Origin: Candidatus Uhrbacteria bacterium
GTDB taxonomy: Bacteria; Patescibacteriota; Patescibacteriia; UBA9934
Assembly (NCBI GenBank): GCA_018673485.1
Contig: JABHCP010000007.1
Span: forward strand, 9,890-73,889
Reading direction: 5' to 3'
Length of the DNA stretch: 64,000 bases
This document shows positions 28,719 through 38,659 of this stretch, piece after piece (positions within the stretch are counted from its first letter, which is position 1; each line of letters begins with the position of its first letter). The position numbers and the translations under genes were made by a program. A model generated the notes under the pieces. That model was not told the DNA's origin. It did not search any database and was given only the letters and a program-made list of their open reading frames with translations.

Positions 28719-29417
28719 ATGTCCGAACCCGCCACCACACGTCAAGAACTTATAATCAAGATCCTGCGACTCGAAGCTGACAATGCTCGCCTGCAGGCTG
28801 AACTCGAGACTGCTAAGATCCGCATCCAGGAGCTCGAAGCTGAGCATGCACCGGAGATGTGCGCCGAGTACGACATCTGTACCCTCTCCAAGCCCATCGA
28901 GGAGTTAGTGCTTTCGAAACGCGTGAAAAAACTTCTCCGGTTTGGCTTCTATGACATGCCTGATGGTTCCATGGTATACATCTGGCAACTCATTGAAAAA
29001 ACTGAGGCCGAGGTACTCCATATCCGCGGCTTGGGGCGCAAGAGCTTTGGTCAAATCAAAGTGGAGCTAGCCGAACTCGGACTCAGCCTTGGCATGGGAT
29101 GCCCGGACGAGATCAAGGCCCAGCTCCCCCACCCCGACTTCAGTGCAAAAATGATCGAAAATCTCTCCCGTACGTGGGATGATATCGAGCTCTCGATTCG
29201 CGCAGCGAACTGCTTCAATCTCCACAGCATCTGGTACGTCTGGGAGTTCGTCGAGTACACCGACAAGAGGGCGCTTGCAGAGATCAAGAACTTCGGACGC
29301 GGGACGCTCAACGAGCTCAAGGAAATCCTCGAAGAGCTCGGGCTAGAGCTCAACACGAAAATACCACTCGAGGTCAGAACCCGGCTACCACAGGACAATC
29401 CGTACCTCAGGCACTAG
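28719..29417 (+). CDS. protein with coiled coil and two RNA polymerase alpha-CTD-like domains
   Basis: PIEELVLSKRV...IRGLGRKS..IK..LAELGLSLG and DIELSIRAANC...IKNFGRGTLNELKEILEELGL. Confidence 0.85.
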   Translation: MSEPATTRQELIIKILRLEADNARLQAELETAKIRIQELEAEHAPEMCAEYDICTLSKPIEELVLSKRVKKLLRFGFYDMPDGSMVYIWQLIEKTEAEVLHIRGLGRKSFGQIKVELAELGLSLGMGCPDEIKAQLPHPDFSAKMIENLSRTWDDIELSIRAANCFNLHSIWYVWEFVEYTDKRALAEIKNFGRGTLNELKEILEELGLELNTKIPLEVRTRLPQDNPYLRH

Positions 29418-29624
29418 GCCCCCGCGGCCAACACGCACGTCAAAACCCCACCGCCAACTGGCGCGTGGGGTTCTCAGCTTTTAGTAGATCTCTCGTCGCT
29501 CCGACCCGTCAGACGGGTCTTCGCTCCTCGAGATGGAAAAGGGGGGTAAAGGCTGGGGGGACCTTAAATACAAAACCAGCTTTCGCTGGTTATCTTAAAC
29601 TGCGTACTGAGTACTGCGCACTAA

Positions 29625-30623
29625 TTACTGCCCCTTACATCCACCAAAAGTGAATGCGTAAAAGCTAACATGATCTGAGGATGTTTTTAGTTTCAATGTT
29701 CCTTTGTGATAAACATCTGAATCAACCAAGTTGTACATTCTTGATGCTGTCATTTTTACAATTGCTTTGCCGTTTTTCATCTCAACGTCGGTGCCCAACA
29801 TGTCCTCTGGCAATGGGTGACCGTCAAGCTCAATTTCAACCTCGGCTGCTCGAGTCTTCTTTAGTGACCCTGCCACTAAGTTCACAGAAAACCCGCTGTA
29901 CTTGAGTGCTAAGTATTCGTTCGCACTTGCTAACGCTCTCGTGTGACTTAATTGCTCCTTATCCACCGTCCAGTGTCCGTGCAGATATACTAAATCGTCT
30001 TGGTGTTCGCCCTTGTCATTGAAATCAACTTCACTACCTGGAATAACGCCGTGTGCGTTGCCAAAACGACCACGTAAAAATCCCAAATAAGTTTCTGGTG
30101 TTGTTCTGTAGCAAATCCCCCCGCCAACTGATACGTCGGGTGCGATCTCGGGAAGATCCTCTACACCAATATCACGCAAAGCTTTTTGAATCTCGGCTTC
30201 AGTCTCTGCGTATCCTCCTTCACCGATGTGATCATAAACAATCTCACCATCTTTGTTTAAAAGAAGCTTACGAGGCCACCAACGGTTAGTGTATGCTGTC
30301 CAAACTTTATAATCTGAATCAAGAATTACTGGATACTTAATCTTAAATCTTTTAATCGCACTTTCAACATTCGCTTTCTCTTTTTCAAAATCAAACTCCG
30401 GAGTGTGCACGCCGATTATCACCAAACCCTTGTCTGCGTATCGCTTATGCCAGTCGCGCAAATGATCGAATGTTCTAATACAATTAATACATGAGTAGGT
30501 CCAAAAATCTAAAAGCACCACTTTTCCTTTGAGTGATTTGAGTGTGTGCGAATCTCCATTGAGCCACTCAAGGCCTTTAGGAAATTCCGTCGCATGAATT
30601 TTTTGAAGTCGATGCAAGAACAT
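29625..30623 (-). CDS. redoxin/thioredoxin-like protein (DipZ C-terminal type)
   Basis: LLDFWTYSCINC, GVHTPEF and TPETYLG motifs. Confidence 0.9.
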   Translation of the reverse strand: MFLHRLQKIHATEFPKGLEWLNGDSHTLKSLKGKVVLLDFWTYSCINCIRTFDHLRDWHKRYADKGLVIIGVHTPEFDFEKEKANVESAIKRFKIKYPVILDSDYKVWTAYTNRWWPRKLLLNKDGEIVYDHIGEGGYAETEAEIQKALRDIGVEDLPEIAPDVSVGGGICYRTTPETYLGFLRGRFGNAHGVIPGSEVDFNDKGEHQDDLVYLHGHWTVDKEQLSHTRALASANEYLALKYSGFSVNLVAGSLKKTRAAEVEIELDGHPLPEDMLGTDVEMKNGKAIVKMTASRMYNLVDSDVYHKGTLKLKTSSDHVSFYAFTFGGCKGQ

Positions 30624-30626
30624 GTA

Positions 30627-31331
30627 TTAGTAAATATCAATTCCAAAATAAGTTGCCACCAGTCTACCAAGCAAATAACCAACCATTGCGGCACTTAGCG
30701 AGATTAGCGTCATCTCCAAACCACTCTTGAGCACGTGCCCGCCAACAACCTTTGCCTTAGCGACTCCTAGCCCAAACAGCACAATGCCAGTAATAATGAT
30801 CGACGGGACAATGGCTTCCATCACAGGCATGAAGAAGTATGGTAGCAATGGAAAAATCCCACCAACCAAATAGAACGCGCCCATTACAACCCCTGATGCG
30901 ACCGGTGATCCGGAAACTGCAGGCGCGAATCTGTACTCGCAACGTTGCACCTCCCGCATCCAAAGCTTTCGCTCTTGAGTCAACACATTTGCAATGCGAT
31001 TGATTTGATCTTTGGTAAATTTCTTGCGCTTAAGTGCCTGCTCGAGCGACTCATTATCCGAGATTCTTTCCTGCAAAAGCCTAGCTCCATCTTGACGCTT
31101 ACGATCCTCAAAAACTTCGCGCGCTGACTTAGATGATAAATAACTTCCGGCCGCCATTGAAAGTCCTTCAACGAAAACTAAAACCACACCGGTTAGCGCT
31201 ACCACAAACTGACTCTGTGATCCCACCGCAACACCAGTAACAACGCCCAGAGTAGAAACCAAAGAATCTTCAAAACCAAAAACGATCTCTCTAATGAAAA
31301 AACCCGCACGGTTTTTGAGTCCCCCTTTCAT
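30627..31331 (-). CDS. VIT1/CCC1 family iron/manganese transporter
   Basis: VFGFEDSLVSTLG, SMAAGSYLS and PLLPYF motifs. Confidence 0.9.
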   Translation of the reverse strand: MKGGLKNRAGFFIREIVFGFEDSLVSTLGVVTGVAVGSQSQFVVALTGVVLVFVEGLSMAAGSYLSSKSAREVFEDRKRQDGARLLQERISDNESLEQALKRKKFTKDQINRIANVLTQERKLWMREVQRCEYRFAPAVSGSPVASGVVMGAFYLVGGIFPLLPYFFMPVMEAIVPSIIITGIVLFGLGVAKAKVVGGHVLKSGLEMTLISLSAAMVGYLLGRLVATYFGIDIY

Positions 31332-31455
31332 ATCACGGACATTATAACGCTTTGTAGTTAATAATCAAAGAATGTAGAGAGTAGAATGTAGAATGTAGTT
31401 TTTGATCTGAATACTACCCTCTACTTTCTACCTTCTACTTTCTGGGTTATAATGA

Positions 31456-31884
31456 ATGCATATGCAAATCTCCCAACATTATCCCCCATACGAACAAAAG
31501 ACATATGTGGTCGTCACGAATAACGAGCTTGCGCGTGTTTACGTTGCTAAAGAGCGCGAGATTGAGGAGGTAAAAGGATTCAAAGCTAAAGAAGTTGATA
31601 AAGAGGGCACGAATAGTGGCACCAGTCACGACGGGCCGCGTGATTTTGACGAAGACAAGAGGAATGTTCGCCAAGCAATGTACAAATCACTTTCAAAATA
31701 CCTACTCAAAGAGCTTAAAGCTGAAGATGCGGACCTAGTCCTATGCGCGCCAGAGGCTTTAAAAAATGAAGTATTTGAAAGCATGCACACCGACGTTCAA
31801 AAAGCAGCAGAAGAAGTTGTACCAAAAAACCTAGCATCACTAGAGCTCGATCAAATAGTCAGAATACTGCAGGAAGTTAGATAA
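31456..31884 (+). CDS. host-attachment/release-factor-like (AtsE/baeRF) family protein
   Basis: YVVVTN..ARVY...LVLCAP...VPKNL pattern. Confidence 0.6.
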   Translation: MHMQISQHYPPYEQKTYVVVTNNELARVYVAKEREIEEVKGFKAKEVDKEGTNSGTSHDGPRDFDEDKRNVRQAMYKSLSKYLLKELKAEDADLVLCAPEALKNEVFESMHTDVQKAAEEVVPKNLASLELDQIVRILQEVR

Positions 31885-31960
31885 TAGTAGATAAAAACAG
31901 CCCGCTTTCAAAGCGGGCCTTGTGCTTGAAAAGAGTAATTAAACCTGCTACACTCTTCGC

Positions 31961-32114
31961 GTGGCCATCCGTCTTCGCATAAAGCTACGACGGACACAGC
32001 GTGGCGAAGCTAGTTAACCCACCGACGCTCCTCTGGAGCTTTGGCGGGCACGTCACGTCGTTCGCGAACGACGTGACAGGCGCGACTCCGTCACTCACCT
32101 TCGATGGTGGTCGC
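31961..32114 (+). pseudogene. tRNA-Cys-like relic interrupted by palindromic repeats
   Basis: tggcca[insert]cgtggcgaagctagttaac matches the 5' half of the downstream tRNA-Cys; lies right after promoter TTGAAA-17-TACACT. Confidence 0.55.
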
Positions 32115-32144
32115 AAGTAGTTCTTTTCTATAAATTTATGATAT

Positions 32145-32221
32145 GGCCACGTGGCGAAGCTGGTTAACGCGACGGTCTGCAAAACCGTTACGCGTCGGTT
32201 CGAGTCCGACCGTGGCCTCCA
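32145..32221 (+). tRNA. tRNA-Cys(GCA)
   Basis: GGCCACG/CGTGGCC acceptor stem, acggt-ctGCAaa-accgt anticodon arm, GGTTCGAGTCC, encoded CCA. Confidence 0.96.
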
Positions 32222-32407
32222 TCCGTAACAATTTGATACATCGAATTGTTACGGATGTCCTGAGCGAACGAAGAGAGTCGAAGGGCTCACGTTCGATAAG
32301 GGCATCAATAAAATTATCACTAATTACGAATCATTTGGGTTGAACCGTAAATGAGTGAAAAACAAAAACACCCCGCAAGGGGTGGTTTTTGTTTTTATGA
32401 TCGAAAA

Positions 32408-33148
32408 CTACTTTTCTTCTGAGTTGCGCTCAAAAGCCTCATCCTGCAAAAACGTTATCATGGTTCGATATGTTTCCTCACTACTCATACCAGATTCTGC
32501 CAATCGTTTAAATTCATTAAACACCATCTTTGCATCAGCCTCATTTTTTCCTATTTTTTTGATGGAATAATGAAGATCGGAAGGTTTAAAATCTGCAGCT
32601 TCTTGCTGGGTAAGAACAGATGGCTCCAAGCCATGCCATACTATGGTGTAGTTATTCAGAGAATCATCCCAAGCTACACCAGCATCTACCTCCCCTATCC
32701 GAAATCTATCCGAGAATTTCTCAGACTCACTCTCTACGACATCCTCCTCATCAAAACTCGCCATACTCTTTGCTTCTTCAAAAATTGCCTCTGCCTCTGG
32801 TTTATAATACTGGCCCTCTTCGTCCAAAAATGCATTTGCGGCTTCTTGAAGGTTTGCAAGCAATTCTCTCCAATCCAATCCATTAATCGTCTCGGGGTCC
32901 GCCTCGCCAAGCTCAATAAGAGCCCTCTCCACAGTCACCAAACCTGGATTATACGGATCAATCTCTCCAATGCGCTCAGCAAAACGTGCGACAGCCATAA
33001 CCTGAGCCCCCTCCCTAATACCACGTGCCATATTCTCGACCTTCTTCAAATCCAGCGCCTTTTTTTTCTCGGCATCTCTTTTCTCTATCCCTTTTTCTCG
33101 ACCGCTTCTGACCATATCAAGCGCAAAATTCTTTTTTCCATCTACCAT
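32408..33148 (-). CDS. hypothetical acidic protein
   Basis: 246-aa ORF with natural composition; the overlapping + ORF looks like a shadow. Confidence 0.7.
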   Translation of the reverse strand: MVDGKKNFALDMVRSGREKGIEKRDAEKKKALDLKKVENMARGIREGAQVMAVARFAERIGEIDPYNPGLVTVERALIELGEADPETINGLDWRELLANLQEAANAFLDEEGQYYKPEAEAIFEEAKSMASFDEEDVVESESEKFSDRFRIGEVDAGVAWDDSLNNYTIVWHGLEPSVLTQQEAADFKPSDLHYSIKKIGKNEADAKMVFNEFKRLAESGMSSEETYRTMITFLQDEAFERNSEEK

Positions 33149-33177
33149 ATAATTTTATTTAAAAATATAATTTTAAT

Positions 33178-34056
33178 TTACTCAACAATCAACACTCCCA
33201 TCATGTCCCAGTCTTCGTCTGCTCGGAAGTTGTACTCTCCTGGTTCGAGGTCAATGGTTAGAACGATAATCTCTTCTGGCTCTATTTTTCCTGTTGTAAA
33301 TAAATTATCGTCTGACTCTCGAACAGTTAGTGTTTCTGATGTGTAATTTACAAATTTTATAGTACCTCCTTGAGAGACAGTGAGTACGTTGTACCCGCAA
33401 TATGACTCTGTGCAGTTGTCTCCGTCGTCCTCAAGATCGTCGTCCTCGTCGATTGCTGCAAAACGTAGTGGGTCCTCGTACATCATAACTCCTGTAGCAC
33501 TAAACAAGTCTATGCTGTCTGAAATCGTGTAATCATTAAGGTCAATGAAGATTACATCATCGGCCAACACACCAGACAACACCGTATAATGCGGAATAAA
33601 CTCATTTGGAAGCATGTCTACAAGCCCTGTCCAGTCTTCACCAAACATTGCGTTGGCGTTGTCTACATTCTTAACTGCAGCGAGCATATTACTACCAACT
33701 GGAACATAAACTTCCGATCCTGTTGAGAGCTTTAAGAGTCTTGTGGTTGCGCCCTCGTTTCCAAGTTGTGGCCTGTAAGTTACCATTCCACTAAAGGCAA
33801 TCATGTCCATTTCAGAAACCGCTATTGTTTGTACTGAATTGAAATCATCGTACCAAGTGAAAAATGTAGCTTCGTTTGGAAATCCGTAACGCAGCTCGTC
33901 ATTACCAAAATAATAAACTGTGCTCGATGCCGCACTCTTAATAAGTGTTCCTGGTTCGATATCTGCCACTGTTGGGAACTCAAGTGCAGCTGACGCTGGC
34001 ATTGCGATCATCGCACTAACCGCAACTATCGCCAATGATAATATAATCTTTTTCAT
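33178..34056 (-). CDS. secreted surface protein with possible C-terminal cupredoxin-like fold
   Basis: Signal peptide; GTLIKS..STVYY..D..RY.FPNE.TFFTWY motif common in CPR surface proteins. Confidence 0.7.
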   Translation of the reverse strand: MKKIILSLAIVAVSAMIAMPASAALEFPTVADIEPGTLIKSAASSTVYYFGNDELRYGFPNEATFFTWYDDFNSVQTIAVSEMDMIAFSGMVTYRPQLGNEGATTRLLKLSTGSEVYVPVGSNMLAAVKNVDNANAMFGEDWTGLVDMLPNEFIPHYTVLSGVLADDVIFIDLNDYTISDSIDLFSATGVMMYEDPLRFAAIDEDDDLEDDGDNCTESYCGYNVLTVSQGGTIKFVNYTSETLTVRESDDNLFTTGKIEPEEIIVLTIDLEPGEYNFRADEDWDMMGVLIVE

Positions 34057-34073
34057 AAATATTCGCTTTATTT

Positions 34074-34619
34074 TTACTCTGTTAACGTTACTACTTCTGC
34101 ACTTAGAATCACATCTTGAGCATCATCCATGTCCCGCCCCTGCTGCCAAACCATGAACTGATATTTTGAGTCTTCTGTGACAAAGTAGTAATCATAGTTA
34201 AGTCTACCAGCGATCTGACACTCATCTCCATCTTCACAAAGCTTCAAACGATAAAACCCGTCACCAAGGTCTTCGGACTCTGATGGAATAACTCGACGCT
34301 CATCAAGCTTCAACGCTCGGATATATGTGAAATCATCCATATTGACATCACCAAGGGCTTGGAACGCCTCTGTCTCTGGCATGTAACCTGAGCTTGAATA
34401 GACGTTTGCTGATGTACTTTGAAGTACAATGTCAGAAATCTCGCGAGAAACGCCCTCCTCAATTGGTACCGGCTCACTATCAAGCTGATACTGACGAACC
34501 GTCACCCATTCGTTTGGCAAATCAAATGCCAAAAACCAATCTCCCTCTACAGCGGTACTTGGCATACACCCAGCACCCAACAGAACTAGAGCAAATAACC
34601 CTAAAAATACTTTTTTCAT
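34074..34619 (-). CDS. hypothetical lipoprotein
   Basis: LLGAGC lipobox. Confidence 0.75.
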   Translation of the reverse strand: MKKVFLGLFALVLLGAGCMPSTAVEGDWFLAFDLPNEWVTVRQYQLDSEPVPIEEGVSREISDIVLQSTSANVYSSSGYMPETEAFQALGDVNMDDFTYIRALKLDERRVIPSESEDLGDGFYRLKLCEDGDECQIAGRLNYDYYFVTEDSKYQFMVWQQGRDMDDAQDVILSAEVVTLTE

Positions 34620-34784
34620 ATATATTGTTTATTACTGAGTACATCTTAGCATTTCATGTTAAACAAAAAAAGACCCACACCACACCCATCCCGACGTAAG
34701 GAGGGATCCCTCGGCATACGCCTCGGGATGGAGGGAATGGTGGACTAAACAAAAAATCCCGCCACATGGCGAGATTTTTTTATT

Positions 34785-35312
34785 TTATTGGTTTGGGTAA
34801 ACCTCGATATTAATGTTTTGATATCCGAACTCGATAGCGTCATCATACTCTTCCATCCAAATATCTACTCGCTCCCAATATCTAGAGTTCATACGATCCT
34901 CAACGATAAAAATATCATCACCATAGATTTCAGGAATTTTTACGCGCGTACCAATGGGTAAAAAGTTTGCCGCTAGCACTCCGTGTCGTGTAGTTGTTCC
35001 GGATGCGGTAATAAATGGAGTATCGTCAGTCTGCCATGGAAGTGAATTGTAGGCTGTTGCCGGCACCGTAATGGTGTAGGCTGGTCCTCGCAAGTCAGAC
35101 GCAGGCAACTCTCCATACTTTCGGAAGTTGTTCTGGATTGCGTCTATTTCAAGCGCCAATGCTTGATTAGTGTAATCCAGGTCCACACTTGCTGAGGCTT
35201 CAATTGGTAAAACAACATAGGCCAATGCAAAAGTTATAAGTCCAATTAATGCACACTCGATCGGAGACTTTTTAGTTACTTTTATAACCTCCTTAAGAGA
35301 TATGTATTTCAT
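34785..35312 (-). CDS. 3D-domain protein (lytic transglycosylase-like)
   Basis: ATAYNS..QTDDTPFITASG, AANFLP.GT, VEDRM and VDIWM motifs. Confidence 0.88.
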   Translation of the reverse strand: MKYISLKEVIKVTKKSPIECALIGLITFALAYVVLPIEASASVDLDYTNQALALEIDAIQNNFRKYGELPASDLRGPAYTITVPATAYNSLPWQTDDTPFITASGTTTRHGVLAANFLPIGTRVKIPEIYGDDIFIVEDRMNSRYWERVDIWMEEYDDAIEFGYQNINIEVYPNQ

Positions 35313-35622
35313 AGGATATAAGGATTTTTAGTAAAATCCTCAGGTTAATATAAGAATTTAACTAAAGGATGTTTAATAACATTCCTTAGCTGAATTCTCA
35401 CTCAATCGACGACCCGCCCAACAGTTGGATTTAGGCACCTTTTTACAGGTATCAAAAATCCCCCGTTGTACGAGGGATCATAATAGTAGCATATTTGACC
35501 CTAAAAGTCAACGGATAAGTCTGAATTTGGGCCAAAATTAGCATAGAAAAAAACACCTCTTTTTTGCCAAAATCACTAATTTCTCGTATACTTCGCGCAT
35601 CAGAAAAAATAAATACTTTGAT

Positions 35623-38565
35623 ATGAGTCGACCGCAATCACCTCGCCGAGGCGCACATTCGTGGGCAAGTTCCAGAAAAAAGGGTTGGAAAAAGAAGCTT
35701 CAAACATACTTTTCATATTTAAAAAAAGCTGACAGAGCAACTCTTGTGAAAAACGTAGTTTTACTTCTCATTGCCGGCGCCTTGCTTGGCAGCATAATGC
35801 TTCTTGGTGCTTTCGCGTGGATCTCTAAAGACCTCCCTGACCCAAACTCACTTACAATTCGTGAAGTGCCACAATCCACCAAGATATACGACAACACTGG
35901 AGAAAATCTTTTATATGAAATCGCAGGGGATGAAAAGCGTACTTTAGTTACCCTTGATCAGATCCCGGAATACATGGTTTGGGCAACGATCACAGCTGAG
36001 GATAGAAGTTTTTACGAGCACAGTGGAATTGACTACAAAGGAATCATGCGAGCCATCTTTGTTGATGTTATAACGCTAAGCAAATCTCAAGGTGCATCAA
36101 CAATCACGCAACAATTAGTTAAAAATGCGATTCTTTCTAATGAAAAAACATGGACGCGAAAGGTAAAAGAAATACTATTATCGCTAGCGCTTGAACGCAG
36201 GTATACCAAGGATGAAATCATGCAGCTTTACTTAAATGAGATCCCATATGGATCTCGCAACTATGGAATCCAAGCTGCATCAAGCGCATATTACGACTCA
36301 GCTGTTGAAGACTTAAGTTTAGCTCAGGCCGCAACACTCGGAGCACTTCCACAAGCAACAACTTACTACCTTAACAATCCTGACGATCTTGAAGCGCGTC
36401 GTAACTGGATCTTGGGTGACATGGCAGAGCTCGGCTACATAACTCAGGAAGAGGCCGATACTGCAATGTTAGAGGACACTAGCATTACCACTTATTTTTC
36501 AGACATCGAAGCCCCTCACTTCGTACTATGGGTAAAGGAACAGCTAGAAGAAGAGTACGGACAGAAAGAAGTAGAACAAGGTGGAATGACCGTGATCACT
36601 TCAATCGATTTTGACATGCAAAACGCAGCGCAAGATGCAGTAGTTAATAACCGCGATGCGCGTTCTGAATCTTATGGATTTAATAACTCTGGACTTGTAG
36701 CAATCGACCCGGATAACGGTCACATACTGGCAATGGTTGGCTCTGTTGATTATTTTGATGACGAAATTGACGGTCAAGTTAATGTGACTCAACAACCACT
36801 GCAACCTGGATCGTCTTTTAAACCAATCGTTTACACTGCTGGCTTTGAAGAAGGTTACACACCAAACACAATTTTGTGGGATGTAAAAACTGAGTTTGGA
36901 ACTACCACTGGGTCTTACTCACCAAACAACTATGACCTGGAAGAGCACGGTCCGCTCTCAATTAGAAGTGCGCTTCAGGGATCTTTAAATATCACGGCCG
37001 TAAAAATGCTTTATTTGGTTGGTGTGACTACCGCTGCTGATTTTGCAGAGCGACTTGGATACACAACACTAACTGATCCAGAACAATACGGACTTTCAAT
37101 GGTGCTTGGTGGCGCTGAAGTAAAGCTCATCGAACACGTTTCTGCCTACTCGGTCTTCGCAAACGAAGGAACTTATTACGAACCTGTTTCAATATTGAAA
37201 GTTGAAGATTCAGACGGCGAAATACTTCAAGAGTGGGAAGAAAGCGACGGGGAAGACGCACTCGACACAAACCTAGCGCGTATGATCACAAATGTGTTGT
37301 CCGACGACTCAGCACGCGCACCATTCTTTGGCGCTGGCGGATACCTAACGCTCGGATCTCGTCCGGCTGCTGCAAAAACTGGTACAACAAACGACTACAA
37401 AGACGCATGGACCATTGGATACACTCCACAACTTGTAACCGGTGTTTGGACAGGGAACACAGACGGAACAGCAATGAATTATGGCTCCGGCGGAAGCTCA
37501 GTCGCTGCTCCAATCTGGAATGAGTTTATGTATGCAGCCCTTGCTGACCAACCAATCGAATACTTCAATGCACCAGAAATTCCGACAACTGGAATAGCAG
37601 TGCTTGATGGGAACATGCCAAGCCAAGAAGTAACAATCGATACTGCCTCAGGAAAGCTTGCAACTGATAAAACACCAGACAGATACAAAGAAACAAAGGT
37701 TTGTGGTGAGTACCACAATATTCTCTACTATATAAACCCAAACGATCCGACCGGTGGTACTGTAAGCGAGCCAGTTGACGGCGCTTACGAACGTTGGGAA
37801 TCATCAGTTCAAACATATATCGCAAACTACAATGAGAGCTTAGAAGAAGATCAAGCTCCACTTGAGGAATGTGAAATTCCAACAGAAGAAGATGACGTTC
37901 ACACTGATCGAAACGAACCAAGTGTGACAATTAGAACCCCTGATAACAACGACTCGGTCGGACGCGAGTTTTCGGTTGAGGTAAAGGCAACTGCACGCCG
38001 CGGGGTTGATCGAATCGAATATCAAATTGATGGGATTATAGTAAAACAAACTAGCAACACATCTGATATTGATCTTGAGCTACCTAGCTGGGTTGATGCA
38101 GGAACACATACTTTGACCGTAGTTGCCTATGACGACGTCGACAACCAAGGAAGTGACGATATTAAAATCAATGTAACCGAAGACGCTGATACAGCAAACG
38201 TAACAATTACAAATCCATTTAATAATCAAGAAATTGGGGTAAGTGATGAGCCTTACGTAATGGTAGTAGAAATGAATGAATTAAATATTCTCTCGATGAC
38301 CCTGTACGCACAAAATCTCTGGGACAGCTCAACGAGCTTGATCTCACACATCGAAGCACCATCTGCTGTAAATGCAGTTAGTTGGACGCTGCCAGGTGAA
38401 GGTGATTACTTGCTCTACGGATTCGTAACCGACGACGCAGGAAACGACATCGACATCGAACCAGTCCAAGTATCAATCGTCGACACCGGCACCTCAAGCG
38501 CCGACAACCCATTTGAGTACTTGTCAGAATCAACAGAAGCGATCGAGGAAGAGATAGTCGAGTAA
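35623..38565 (+). CDS. class A penicillin-binding protein (PBP1A family) with C-terminal Ig-like domains
   Basis: EDRSFYEH, GASTITQQ, RKVKE; QPGSSFKP (SxxK), SLN and KTGT motifs. Confidence 0.95.
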   Translation: MSRPQSPRRGAHSWASSRKKGWKKKLQTYFSYLKKADRATLVKNVVLLLIAGALLGSIMLLGAFAWISKDLPDPNSLTIREVPQSTKIYDNTGENLLYEIAGDEKRTLVTLDQIPEYMVWATITAEDRSFYEHSGIDYKGIMRAIFVDVITLSKSQGASTITQQLVKNAILSNEKTWTRKVKEILLSLALERRYTKDEIMQLYLNEIPYGSRNYGIQAASSAYYDSAVEDLSLAQAATLGALPQATTYYLNNPDDLEARRNWILGDMAELGYITQEEADTAMLEDTSITTYFSDIEAPHFVLWVKEQLEEEYGQKEVEQGGMTVITSIDFDMQNAAQDAVVNNRDARSESYGFNNSGLVAIDPDNGHILAMVGSVDYFDDEIDGQVNVTQQPLQPGSSFKPIVYTAGFEEGYTPNTILWDVKTEFGTTTGSYSPNNYDLEEHGPLSIRSALQGSLNITAVKMLYLVGVTTAADFAERLGYTTLTDPEQYGLSMVLGGAEVKLIEHVSAYSVFANEGTYYEPVSILKVEDSDGEILQEWEESDGEDALDTNLARMITNVLSDDSARAPFFGAGGYLTLGSRPAAAKTGTTNDYKDAWTIGYTPQLVTGVWTGNTDGTAMNYGSGGSSVAAPIWNEFMYAALADQPIEYFNAPEIPTTGIAVLDGNMPSQEVTIDTASGKLATDKTPDRYKETKVCGEYHNILYYINPNDPTGGTVSEPVDGAYERWESSVQTYIANYNESLEEDQAPLEECEIPTEEDDVHTDRNEPSVTIRTPDNNDSVGREFSVEVKATARRGVDRIEYQIDGIIVKQTSNTSDIDLELPSWVDAGTHTLTVVAYDDVDNQGSDDIKINVTEDADTANVTITNPFNNQEIGVSDEPYVMVVEMNELNILSMTLYAQNLWDSSTSLISHIEAPSAVNAVSWTLPGEGDYLLYGFVTDDAGNDIDIEPVQVSIVDTGTSSADNPFEYLSESTEAIEEEIVE

Positions 38566-38659
38566 CACAAATAAATAAAACCACCTCGAGTTAATCGGGG
38601 TGGTTTTTTAATCTTTTTCTTTTCTGCCCCTCGACAAGCTCGGGATATTCGCTGCGTTA

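Noticed and set aside
32570-33346. 258-aa plus-strand ORF
   Set aside because: Antisense shadow of two better minus-strand genes, with atypical composition
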